From an uncultured Pseudomonadota bacterium (lineage in GTDB: Bacteria > Pseudomonadota > Gammaproteobacteria > Steroidobacterales > Steroidobacteraceae), in contig CAIKZZ010000032.1 of the NCBI GenBank assembly GCA_903832085.1, forward strand, positions 7,275 to 71,274: 64,000 nt of DNA. Reading direction: 5' to 3'. Position 1 is the first letter of the stretch; every line of letters begins with the position of its first letter. Of this stretch, positions 8,185 to 17,259 are shown in pieces. Both the position numbers and the translations under genes were made by a program. Under the pieces are notes generated by a model. That model had not been told where the DNA came from and did not search any database. It saw only the letters and a list, made by a program, of their open reading frames with translations.

Positions 8185-10605
8185 TTAATCGCGCAATTTC
8201 AGATTATCCGGATCGTACAGCGGCTCTGTGGCCACGACCGCACGACGCCGCTCACCCAAGATTTCCACTTCAAGTTCTGTGCCCACGACCGCAAGGTCAG
8301 TGCGTACATAAGCAAGCGCGATGCTCTTCTTGATGCGATAGCCATAACCACCCGACGTCACAAGCCCCACCGGCTGATTATCGTGATAGACAATACAGAC
8401 CGCAGCAGCATCCGCATCGGTTGCGTCCACGATCAGTGGTACAAAGCGCTCCTTTGGACCTATGGCCGCCTCCCGCTTCAGGGCCTCCTGGCCGATAAAG
8501 CCACCGGCTTTGTCGAGCTTCACAAAGCGATCAAGGGACGCCATGAATGGCGTGTACTCAGTGGTCAAATCACCCTTCCATGCTCGATAGCCCTTCTCAA
8601 GTCGGAGACTGTCCATCGCATAGAGGCCGTAGTCATGGATACCAAACTCCTGACCTGCTTCCCAGATCAAATCGTAAACCGACAAAATGTGCTCGGATGG
8701 AATATGCAACTCCCAGCCAAGTTCACCCACGTAGTTCACGCGCAGTGCGATCGCTTTGGTGTACCCAATCTCAATGGTACGCACCGACAGCCAGGGGAAG
8801 GCCGCATTGTCGAGCGGCGCACTCGTGATTTTGGATAGCACATCGCGCGAACGCGGACCGACCACGATCAATGAGCCATAGTGCGCCGAGACATTGTTTA
8901 TCTGTACGCCGCTCTCGGGCAGATGCTCACGCAACCAGTGCTCATCATGACGCTCGCCCGCCGCGGCACTGATCATCCAGTAACGACCCTTACCTAAGTT
9001 CGTCACCGTCATCTCAGTGACGATTCCGCCATTGGGCGCACACAGATAGTTAAGCGCCGTGCGGCCCTCTTTAGGAACCACACCTGCCACCATGTGATTA
9101 ATCCACGCGCTCGCATCGGATCCCGTCACTTCAAATTTGGTAAAGCCGGGTAGATCGAGCACTGCCACGCGCTTTTCCACCGCCTCACATTCCCGCGCAA
9201 TCGCCTGATGCCAGGCAGGACGACGGAAGGAAACGACAGGCTCGGTCTTATCACCCTTGGCCGGAAAATATACCGCGCGTTCCCAACCACCGCGCGCGCC
9301 AAACACAGCTCCCTTATCTTTTAAGCGCGAGTAGGCAGGAGATGCTTTCGCTGGTCTGCCGCCCGGACGCTCTTCTGCTGGGTACCCCACACCGTATTCG
9401 TGCTGATAGGTCTCGATCGCTTTGGCGAGCGTGAACTTGTGATTCGCAAACTCAAGATAACGGCGCGAGTCGAGCGGCCACATGTCCCACTCGGGCTGAC
9501 CGTGCGCCACCCACTCCGCAATCGTTTTACCAGCGCCTCCCGCTTGCGCAATACCGAAGGTAAACGCACAGCAGTGGTAAAAGCCCGGCAGCCCAGGAGC
9601 CGGACCAATGAGCGGATTGCCATCGGGCGCATACGGAATAGGCCCGTTGATCACGGTCTTCACACCCACGGATCCTAAAATAGGCACTTGCTCACACGCA
9701 GCTTCTATGTATTTTTCCAAGCGCCCAAGATCATCATCGAACAATTGATTTGCAAACTCATCCGGAACGCCGTCCAACCAATGCGCGGTTGCTTGCCACT
9801 CGTAAGGTCCCAAAATCAGGCCCTGGCGCTCTTGGCGTAAGTAATAGCTGGTGTCCGGATCACGCACCAAGGGCAGACGTGCCTCGCCGCGAGCGACTAA
9901 CTCCGGAATATCCTCAGTGACCAAATACTGATGTGACAAGGTCACGATCGGTAAGTACTCACCAACCATGGCAGCGACTTCACCACCGCGATAGCCTGCA
10001 GCATTAATCACCTTCTCCGCCCGAATCGTGCCCTTGTTGGTGGTGATAATCCACTCACCCGATGGCGCGCGTTCAATCGCTGTCACCCGTGTGTTGCGGT
10101 GTATCTCAGCTCCCCCATCGCGTGCGCCCTTGGCAAGCGCTTGGGTCATTTGCGCAGGATCAATATCGCCATCATACGGATCATAAAGACCCGCCCTGAT
10201 GCCATCGGTCTTCAAAAAAGGATGCCGCTCCCTGATCTCGGCAGGCGTGAGCATCTGAAACTCGATGCCCTGCGCACGTGCCTGTGAGGTGACATGACGA
10301 AACTCATCCACACGATCTTCTGTATGCGCCAAGCGTATGCTACCGGTGATGTGGTAGTTAATCTCATAGCCCACGCGCTTGGCGAGCTCGGAATAAAGCT
10401 TCGTGCTATGACGCTGCAGCTTAATCAGGTTCCAGGATGTCGAGAAGTTCGGGCAGTTACCTGCGGCATGCCAGGTAGAGCCTGCCGTCAGCTCGTCACG
10501 CTCCAACAGCACACAGTCTTTCACTCCGAGCTGTGTCAAATGATAAAGAGCACTGCAGCCCACGGCTCCACCACCAATAATCACCACTTGCGCTTGCGTC
10601 TTCAT
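8185..10605 (-). CDS. FAD-dependent oxidoreductase fused to GcvT aminomethyltransferase domain (dimethylglycine/sarcosine dehydrogenase family)
   Basis: Track ORF 8185..10617. The ATG at 10605 (MKTQAQVVIIGGGAVGCS...) has GGAG about 10 nt upstream. DAO dinucleotide fold at the N-terminus, and the C-terminal GcvT motif YVGELGWELHIP. Confidence 0.8.
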   Translation of the reverse strand: MKTQAQVVIIGGGAVGCSALYHLTQLGVKDCVLLERDELTAGSTWHAAGNCPNFSTSWNLIKLQRHSTKLYSELAKRVGYEINYHITGSIRLAHTEDRVDEFRHVTSQARAQGIEFQMLTPAEIRERHPFLKTDGIRAGLYDPYDGDIDPAQMTQALAKGARDGGAEIHRNTRVTAIERAPSGEWIITTNKGTIRAEKVINAAGYRGGEVAAMVGEYLPIVTLSHQYLVTEDIPELVARGEARLPLVRDPDTSYYLRQERQGLILGPYEWQATAHWLDGVPDEFANQLFDDDLGRLEKYIEAACEQVPILGSVGVKTVINGPIPYAPDGNPLIGPAPGLPGFYHCCAFTFGIAQAGGAGKTIAEWVAHGQPEWDMWPLDSRRYLEFANHKFTLAKAIETYQHEYGVGYPAEERPGGRPAKASPAYSRLKDKGAVFGARGGWERAVYFPAKGDKTEPVVSFRRPAWHQAIARECEAVEKRVAVLDLPGFTKFEVTGSDASAWINHMVAGVVPKEGRTALNYLCAPNGGIVTEMTVTNLGKGRYWMISAAAGERHDEHWLREHLPESGVQINNVSAHYGSLIVVGPRSRDVLSKITSAPLDNAAFPWLSVRTIEIGYTKAIALRVNYVGELGWELHIPSEHILSVYDLIWEAGQEFGIHDYGLYAMDSLRLEKGYRAWKGDLTTEYTPFMASLDRFVKLDKAGGFIGQEALKREAAIGPKERFVPLIVDATDADAAAVCIVYHDNQPVGLVTSGGYGYRIKKSIALAYVRTDLAVVGTELEVEILGERRRAVVATEPLYDPDNLKLRD

Positions 10606-10643
10606 AGCGTCCACCACTCCAAAACTGTGAATTCTTTATAAAA

Positions 10644-13103
10644 TCAGGACTTGATTCGCGTATTCGTCGGGTCATACCAGGGACTGACCTGCACGCGCGC
10701 GGCATACCGCTTTGCTGCCACCTCCACTTCCCACGTGCCCGACTCCAACCACTCTTTGCTCACACCTGCATCACACGCCACATATCCCATACCGAGTGAC
10801 TGACCCAAGCGGTGCCCCCAGGCACCTGACTTGATCGAGCCCACGATGGTGCCATTACGCACGATCGGCTCCTCATGATACAAAAGCGGCGCCGTTTCAG
10901 AGGTATCAACCAGTGCCACTTGCACCAGACGCTTCGGCAGCGTTTTGACGCCCCGCTGCGGTAGCAACGCCTCTTTGCCCAAAAAGCCCTCCGGCTTGTC
11001 CCACGCAATGGTAAAGCCAAGGCCGGACTCGAGCGGCGTGTCCTCGTCCGCTATATCGTGACTCCAGTGACGATAGCCCTTCTCTACGCGACAGGCAGCC
11101 ATCGCATGATAGCCCGCATGCTTGAGCCCTAAGGGCTCACCAGCTTTTAAAATAGCCTCGTACACGCCCAAGATAAACTCCGCGGGCACATACAGCTCCC
11201 AACCAAGCTCACCTACATAGGTGATGCGACTCGCGCGCACTTTGGCATAACCAATTTCGATTTCACGCGAGACACCAAACGGATGCGCGGCATTGGACAG
11301 ATCAGCGCCCGAAACCGTCTCGAGTAACTCGCGACTCATGGGTCCCATGATGCCAAGCATCGCAACTCCGGAGGTCACATCCGTGACGCAGCAATGCGCG
11401 TCCGGATAACTCGCAATGCGAGCTTTGAGCCACGCCAGATCACGCGTCTGGCAGATAGCGGAGGTTACTACCATGAACTCATCTGGACTTAAGCGCGTCA
11501 TCGTCAGATCCGCTTCGATCCCGCCGCGCTCATTGAGCCACTGCGCATACACCACCTTGCCGACGGGCACATCCACGTTAGCGGTCGACATGTAATTTAA
11601 AATACGGCACGCATCTTTGCCTTGCACATGGAACTTGGCAAAGCTCGCCTGATCAAACAAGGCAACGCTATCGCGGACTGCCAAGCATTCTAGCCGGCAG
11701 GCGTCGAACCAATTTTGTCGGCCGTAGGAATACTCATACTCAGGCTTCGTGCCCGGTGCCGCGTACCAGTTCGGTCGCTCCCAACCAGCGGTTTCGCCCA
11801 TACAAGCGCCTGCAGCGACTAATCGATCATGCAAAGCAGAACGACGGGCGCCGCGTGCAGTCGTGTACTGGTAGTACGGCCAATGCATCGCATACAGTAA
11901 GCCCAGGGTCTCGACCGTGCGATCATGCAGATACTTTTTATTTGCCTGAAAAGGCATCACGCGACGGATATCGACATCACACAGATCCATCGGTGGCTTG
12001 CGGTCACGGATCCAGTCTGCGACCACCTTACCTGCGCCACCACTTGCCGCAATACCCACCGAGTTAAAGCCGGTCGCCACGAACAGATCCTTCACTTCGG
12101 GTGTCTCACCGATGTAATAGCGATCATCCGGCGTGAAGCTCTCCGGTCCATTAAAAAATAACTGAATGCCAGCATCTGCCAAGACGGGGACGCGTTTCAC
12201 AGCGGCGTTTAAAATCGGCTCAAAATGCTCATAGTCCTCAGGCAACGTATCAAAACAAAAATCAGGCGAAATGCCCTTCATGCCCCATGGCTTTGCCACG
12301 GGCTCAAAACAGCCCATCAATAATTTGCCAGCGTCCTCTTTGTAGTAGGCGCACTCATCTTGTACACGCAGCACAGGCAAGCCAGACGGCAGCCCCGCAA
12401 TCGGCTCGGTCACAATATAAAAATGCTCCGCCGCATGCAGCGGTACCGCAACACCAATGGCGGCAGCCAAACTGTGTGACCACATCCCGCCGGCAAGTAC
12501 GACGGTGTCGGCCGCGATATAGCCCTCGGCCGTCTCCACACCCACCGCGCGGCCGTTCTCTACCCGAATCCGTTCAACGGCAGTGTTCTCAAAAATCTTG
12601 GCGCCACGCATCTTCGCGCCCTTCGCAAGTGCATTGGTGGTGTCGATCGGATTGGTCTGACCATCTTTGGGCAAAAAGAGCCCACCGACCACGTCTTCCA
12701 TATTGAGTAGCGGCCAACGCTCTTTAATCTGCTCAGGCGTTAGCACATCGATCTGCAAACCAAAGGTTTTACCCATGGATGCGCCGCGCTTTAACTCCTC
12801 AAAGCGCGCTTCGGTCTTGGCCACACTCACGGAGCCATTTTGCTTAAAACCGGTGGCCTGCCCGGTCTCGGCTTCGAGCGAGTGATATAAATCTGCTGTG
12901 TACTTGGCGAGTTCCGTGAGATTGCGCGTGGCGCGCAATTGTCCCACGAGGCCCGCCGCGTGCCAGGTGGTGCCACAGGTCAGTTGCTTGCGCTCCAGTA
13001 GCGCGACATCGGTAATGCCGATTTTGGTCAAGTGATACGCGATCGAGCAGCCGGCAATGCCGCCACCAACGATCACCACATTCGCATGCTTAGGTATAGC
13101 CAT
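10644..13103 (-). CDS. Second FAD-dependent oxidoreductase + GcvT domain protein (dimethylglycine/sarcosine dehydrogenase family paralogue)
   Basis: 819 aa. Has VVIVGGGIAGCSIAYHL, TWHAAGL and YVGELGWELYVP. It is a paralogue of the adjacent gene. Confidence 0.8.
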   Translation of the reverse strand: MAIPKHANVVIVGGGIAGCSIAYHLTKIGITDVALLERKQLTCGTTWHAAGLVGQLRATRNLTELAKYTADLYHSLEAETGQATGFKQNGSVSVAKTEARFEELKRGASMGKTFGLQIDVLTPEQIKERWPLLNMEDVVGGLFLPKDGQTNPIDTTNALAKGAKMRGAKIFENTAVERIRVENGRAVGVETAEGYIAADTVVLAGGMWSHSLAAAIGVAVPLHAAEHFYIVTEPIAGLPSGLPVLRVQDECAYYKEDAGKLLMGCFEPVAKPWGMKGISPDFCFDTLPEDYEHFEPILNAAVKRVPVLADAGIQLFFNGPESFTPDDRYYIGETPEVKDLFVATGFNSVGIAASGGAGKVVADWIRDRKPPMDLCDVDIRRVMPFQANKKYLHDRTVETLGLLYAMHWPYYQYTTARGARRSALHDRLVAAGACMGETAGWERPNWYAAPGTKPEYEYSYGRQNWFDACRLECLAVRDSVALFDQASFAKFHVQGKDACRILNYMSTANVDVPVGKVVYAQWLNERGGIEADLTMTRLSPDEFMVVTSAICQTRDLAWLKARIASYPDAHCCVTDVTSGVAMLGIMGPMSRELLETVSGADLSNAAHPFGVSREIEIGYAKVRASRITYVGELGWELYVPAEFILGVYEAILKAGEPLGLKHAGYHAMAACRVEKGYRHWSHDIADEDTPLESGLGFTIAWDKPEGFLGKEALLPQRGVKTLPKRLVQVALVDTSETAPLLYHEEPIVRNGTIVGSIKSGAWGHRLGQSLGMGYVACDAGVSKEWLESGTWEVEVAAKRYAARVQVSPWYDPTNTRIKS

Positions 13104-13139
13104 TCACTCATCCTTCACTAAAAAGACGCTGCACTGTGA

Positions 13140-13772
13140 TCAATACCGCGGTGGCGCGATCACCCACAAGGACACCGAAACCTGTTTACCAGGATTCTGG
13201 GCTGTGAATGTTTCACCGCGACCAATCCGAAAGCTGTCCCCGGTGCGCAGTAAAAACTGACGCTCGCCGATCTTTAACTCAAGCTCACCCGAGAGCACGT
13301 AGCCGGACTGCTCCGCCATGCGCGACACCTGCTCATCGCCACTGCGTGCACCGGGCGCAAAGGTACTTAAAATTAACTCCGCCTCGCCATTGAGGCTCGG
13401 ACTTAAGAGCTCCTCTTCAATGCCTGTGCCTGGAAAATTTAAGCGCCGACGATTCTCGCGTCGTACCACATAGCCGTGCTCGGCCGGCACACGCGCATCG
13501 TAACCTTGAAAAAACCAGGCAATCTGTACATCGAGCGCATCACTGATGGCTTTGAGCGTGGAGATCGACACTTCCGAACGATCCCGCTCAATTTGGCTCA
13601 CATACCCCACCGACTTACCAATCAGCGTAGCAAGGGCCGTCAGCGTCATGCCGCGCGCCTCGCGCAGGTCACGAATCTGGCTGCCGAGCGGACTTAACTT
13701 GCGCGCACGTGGTCCTGCGACCCGTCGCGGACGGGCACTTAAACGACTGACTTTAGGGGGCGCCGTGGGCAT
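13140..13772 (-). CDS. XRE-family HTH transcriptional regulator with C-terminal cupin sensor domain
   Basis: 210 aa. HTH_3 motif LGSQIRDLREARGMTLTALATLIGKSVGYVSQIERD, followed by a cupin-like C-terminal domain. It is the first gene of the minus-strand dehydrogenase cluster. Confidence 0.8.
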   Translation of the reverse strand: MPTAPPKVSRLSARPRRVAGPRARKLSPLGSQIRDLREARGMTLTALATLIGKSVGYVSQIERDRSEVSISTLKAISDALDVQIAWFFQGYDARVPAEHGYVVRRENRRRLNFPGTGIEEELLSPSLNGEAELILSTFAPGARSGDEQVSRMAEQSGYVLSGELELKIGERQFLLRTGDSFRIGRGETFTAQNPGKQVSVSLWVIAPPRY

Positions 13773-13780
13773 GCGATGCC

Positions 13781-13847
13781 ATGAAATTTGGTACGACTTT
13801 CATTTTCACCGATATGAAATTTTAATGCAATTTTTCATATTCACCGA
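13781..13847. promoter_or_regulatory. Operator-like repeats in the divergent regulator / oxidoreductase intergenic region
   Basis: A 15-nt direct repeat TTTCAT(T/A)TTCACCGA occurs at 13798-13812 and 13833-13847 (14/15 identical). ATGAAA/TTTCAT half-sites lie at 13781, 13798, 13814 and 13833. Confidence 0.45.
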
Positions 13848-13936
13848 GACGCGCACCCCAAGCCAGTGCCAAAGTGATGCCTAAAACTTGAGCCTCGCAT
13901 ACGCCAAAGGGACGCGCGGACGCTACACTCACTCCC

Positions 13937-15031
13937 ATGAGCGCGCTACCCACAACGATGCACGGCGTATGGCTACTCGGCCACGGCGGCTACGAGCAAC
14001 TGAGCTTTCGCGAGGACTTACCAGTTCCGGTACCTAGCGATGACGAGGTACTCATTCAAGTCGGCGCCGCAGGGGTTAATAACACCGACATCAACACCCG
14101 CATCGGCTGGTACTCCAAAGAAGTAAGTTCCCCCACCACCGCGGAGGCCGCAGCGCAGGGCCTAGCACTCACCGCAGCAGCCACTGGCTGGAGCGGCGAT
14201 CGACCGCGCTTTCCGCGCATCCAAGGAGCGGATGCCTGTGGGCGGATTGTGGCCGTGGGCGCGCACGTGGATGTCGCACGCATCGGTGAGCGCGTGTTAG
14301 TCGAGCCTGTATTTACGAGCGAGCGCGCCGGCGCGTCCATGCGTTACTTCGGCTCCGAATGCGACGGCGGCTTTGCGGAGTATGCGATAGCGCCTGCGCG
14401 CCACGCCCATCGAATCATCAGTGGACTTACGGACGTCGAACTCGCTTCCTTCCCCTGCGCCTATGCGGCGGCTGAGAACATGCTTGAGCGCGCTGCCGTG
14501 CGCACGGGTGACATCGTGCTCGTGACGGGCGCCTCCGGTGGCGTTGGTTCTGCTGCCGTGCAACTTGCGCACCGGCGCGGCGCGCGCGTACTCGCACTGG
14601 CAGGCGCCGATAAAGAGCGAGGACTCCGTGCAATCGGCGCGCAAACAGTTCTGCCACGCGAGACACCACTACCGACCACCCTTGGCACGAATGCGGTTGA
14701 TGTGGTCATTGATGTGGTGGGCGGCGCAGGCTTCGGTCCGTTGCTCGAGGCCTTAAAGCCAGGCGGCCGCTACGCAACCGCAGGCGCAATCGCAGGACCC
14801 GTGGTGTCACTCGACTTACGCACCTTGTATTTAAAGGATCAAACGCTGTTCGGTTGCACGACGTTAAGCGATCACGTATTCGCGCAACTGATCCGTTACA
14901 TCGAACAAGGCGAGATTCGTCCACTGGTGGCCGCGACTCTTCCACTACGACAGATCGTCGAGGCACAGCAGCTTTTTTTGCGCAAAGCGCATTTAGGAAA
15001 AATCGTGCTGCAAGTCGCACACGGCGCTTGA
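13937..15031 (+). CDS. Zinc-type alcohol dehydrogenase / quinone oxidoreductase family (MDR superfamily)
   Basis: 364 aa. GroES-like N-domain and the Rossmann motif VLVTGASGGVGSAAVQLA. Confidence 0.75.
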   Translation: MSALPTTMHGVWLLGHGGYEQLSFREDLPVPVPSDDEVLIQVGAAGVNNTDINTRIGWYSKEVSSPTTAEAAAQGLALTAAATGWSGDRPRFPRIQGADACGRIVAVGAHVDVARIGERVLVEPVFTSERAGASMRYFGSECDGGFAEYAIAPARHAHRIISGLTDVELASFPCAYAAAENMLERAAVRTGDIVLVTGASGGVGSAAVQLAHRRGARVLALAGADKERGLRAIGAQTVLPRETPLPTTLGTNAVDVVIDVVGGAGFGPLLEALKPGGRYATAGAIAGPVVSLDLRTLYLKDQTLFGCTTLSDHVFAQLIRYIEQGEIRPLVAATLPLRQIVEAQQLFLRKAHLGKIVLQVAHGA

Positions 15032-15075
15032 TAATGAATCAAGCGCCGTGTGCGGCACGAAAGTCAAAAAACGTT

Positions 15076-16677
15076 TTAGCCGCGCTTGCCCGCTAACTCA
15101 ACGACATTGCTAGGTCCGCCTGTAGGCAACATCGCCTCGCGCGGCAACTTCACTGGCCACCGCTTGCGAATTTCTGCATCCACCGCCTCCGTCACGTGGC
15201 TTGGGTAGTGCGTCGCTAAAATGTCTTTGACCTTGCCCGCGGCACGCGCCGCCACATCAAGCCCACCTTGCTCATTCCACTCGTTCGGGCTCTTGCGATC
15301 GCCAACTGATGGATACAGATAATCGGTCTGCATCAGCTGCAGCGTCTGATCGGATCCTAAGAAGTGTCCAGGTCCGTTCAAGCACACGTCCTTGATGGTC
15401 TCAAACGACAACTTCTCGTCCGAGACATCAATACCTTTGATTGTGCGCAGCGCCGCCCCAATGATGTCGTTATCGATGATCAAGCTCTCGAGCGAATAGC
15501 CGAGTAAACTCGCATGCATGCCAGCGGATTCATAAATCATGTTGGCGCCGGCATTGCCAACCAGCGCATGATTTAAGCCTTTCTCAGCGCCTGCTTGCGC
15601 ATCGGGCAACTTCGAATCGGTCATGCCAGAGGCCGTGCCACCGGTGAGATTATAAAAGTGTGCCATCTGTCCTGCAGCAGCTGAGAGCAATGCTTGCTCT
15701 GGGCTGCCACCGGACATCGCGCCCGTGCGCAGGTCAGACACAAAGCACCAGGTGCCAAAAATCGCAGGATGCCCAGGCTTAATCGCATTGACATACACCA
15801 GACCCGCAAGCACTTCTGCCACTTCTTGCGCAAGCGCGCCGGCAAGCGCCGCTGGCGCTGTCGCGCCGGCTTGACCTGCCGAGAGCAGCAAGATCGGCAT
15901 ACCGCCTTCCACTGCCACTTCCATGCAACGACACGCGTCGGTTGCAAATTTCATGGGCGGCACCACAAAACAATTGGACTGACTGACAAACGGACGCTCG
16001 CGCCATTTGTCCTCGCCACCCGCGATCAAGTGCAGCATCTCAAGCGACGCTTTCACGTGATCCGGATGCACCCAACTGCTGCCAACATGCTTCGTGGTAC
16101 TTAACACCGAGGCGTAGCAGGTATTGAAGTCCATCTCAAAAGGATCTGGAATATCGCGTGGCACCACGGCGCGCTGAAAGAAGTGAATATGCTCCATCAC
16201 ATCGACGATGCGACCGATGTTGTACAAATCCGTGATCAACGATTCACGATACCCGAGATCGTGATCGACCATGTTGACGGCAGCGCCTGCTGTACCGAAG
16301 TACACGCGCTTGTCCCATGGCTCTAAATCAAACTTTGGATCCTGTCCGTGCAACACAAAGTGCCGCCCGGCCTTGGCGAGCGTGTCCTCTACCAATGCGC
16401 GTGGGAATAAGAGTCTGCCTGTGTCCGTGAGGGTGCAGCCAGCGCGCGTCAGCAGTTCAACGCCCGTCTCCGGCGCATCCGCAAGACCCACCTCTGACAA
16501 CAGTCGCAGCGCGATCTCATGAATCTTGAGCACATCAGCGTCCGACAGGGGCTTGTAGCGGCCACTTGCCATACCCGGGCGCACGGGCCGAATACTGTCG
16601 GGTAATGGGCCTGAACGCAGGGCGCGACGCGCATCGCGTCCGGACGGACGACGGCAACCCTTCTGTACTTCTGTCAC
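15076..16677 (-). CDS. Trimethylamine methyltransferase (MttB) superfamily protein, non-pyrrolysine type (quaternary-amine methyltransferase-like)
   Basis: 533 aa with no in-frame stop. Arg-rich N-terminus, then YKPLSDADVLKIHEIALRLLSEVG, as I recall for MttB-family members. No corrinoid-protein gene is visible nearby. Confidence 0.75.
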   Translation of the reverse strand: MTEVQKGCRRPSGRDARRALRSGPLPDSIRPVRPGMASGRYKPLSDADVLKIHEIALRLLSEVGLADAPETGVELLTRAGCTLTDTGRLLFPRALVEDTLAKAGRHFVLHGQDPKFDLEPWDKRVYFGTAGAAVNMVDHDLGYRESLITDLYNIGRIVDVMEHIHFFQRAVVPRDIPDPFEMDFNTCYASVLSTTKHVGSSWVHPDHVKASLEMLHLIAGGEDKWRERPFVSQSNCFVVPPMKFATDACRCMEVAVEGGMPILLLSAGQAGATAPAALAGALAQEVAEVLAGLVYVNAIKPGHPAIFGTWCFVSDLRTGAMSGGSPEQALLSAAAGQMAHFYNLTGGTASGMTDSKLPDAQAGAEKGLNHALVGNAGANMIYESAGMHASLLGYSLESLIIDNDIIGAALRTIKGIDVSDEKLSFETIKDVCLNGPGHFLGSDQTLQLMQTDYLYPSVGDRKSPNEWNEQGGLDVAARAAGKVKDILATHYPSHVTEAVDAEIRKRWPVKLPREAMLPTGGPSNVVELAGKRG

Positions 16678-16930
16678 GGCATGTCTCCCAAGACAATGGT
16701 TAGGACGGCCTGAAGGCCTACACTCACATCTCTATTATTGGGCAAGGTGTCACCCAAGGCCACAGAGGTGAAGCCTCGCATGTCGCGGACTGCCGGAGGA
16801 AAGAGTTTTTCTACCAGTTGGAAGCTTACCTTGTGGCTTTGGGGCGCCTGCGACCCCCGAGGCGCTCAATTAAAGACTCCAGTGAAAGACCCGCCCATCA
16901 CAAACCCAAGGTTGACTTACAATGCTGCAA

Positions 16931-16945
16931 TGCTGCAATGCAGCA
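16931..16945. promoter_or_regulatory. Perfect 7-1-7 palindrome TGCTGCA-A-TGCAGCA
   Basis: Read directly from the sequence. It overlaps a 2.5-copy tandem of CAATGCTG (16921-16945) in the 580-bp divergent region between mttB-like and the TonB-dependent receptor. Confidence 0.3.
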
Positions 16946-17259
16946 AGTTAGCCTCCGAACAACCAATGCGCGCGCGCCATAGTAAAGAGAATCCGATTCC
17001 GCAGCCGTTGGTTGCATTCACACGCCAAATGAGTGCCGTAAAGTAGCTTTAGGCTCGATGTGTTGCAAATACGCAACTTCCCACTTTCCCCTAAAGTGCG
17101 TTAATCTACCTGCACGAAACCGTACCTAAGCTTGCGTTGGGGCCGGTAAAGAACGCGTTGTGTGATGCCCGTTAAACGGCGTCACGTAACACCGCCGGAC
17201 GGGGTGCGGCTCACCCGCCTGTGGCGCATCGAGCCAATCATGTGTAAGAGGGGATTCTC

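Noticed and set aside
16738-17046. 102-aa ORF in the mttB-like / TBDR-1 intergenic region.
   Set aside because: No motifs, no RBS, and composition unlike the neighbouring genes. I treat it as non-coding.
17040-17259. Possible cobalamin or other riboswitch upstream of TBDR-1.
   Set aside because: I could not find a B12-box-like core or any riboswitch consensus by eye. This needs an Infernal/Rfam scan, so it is not reported as a feature.
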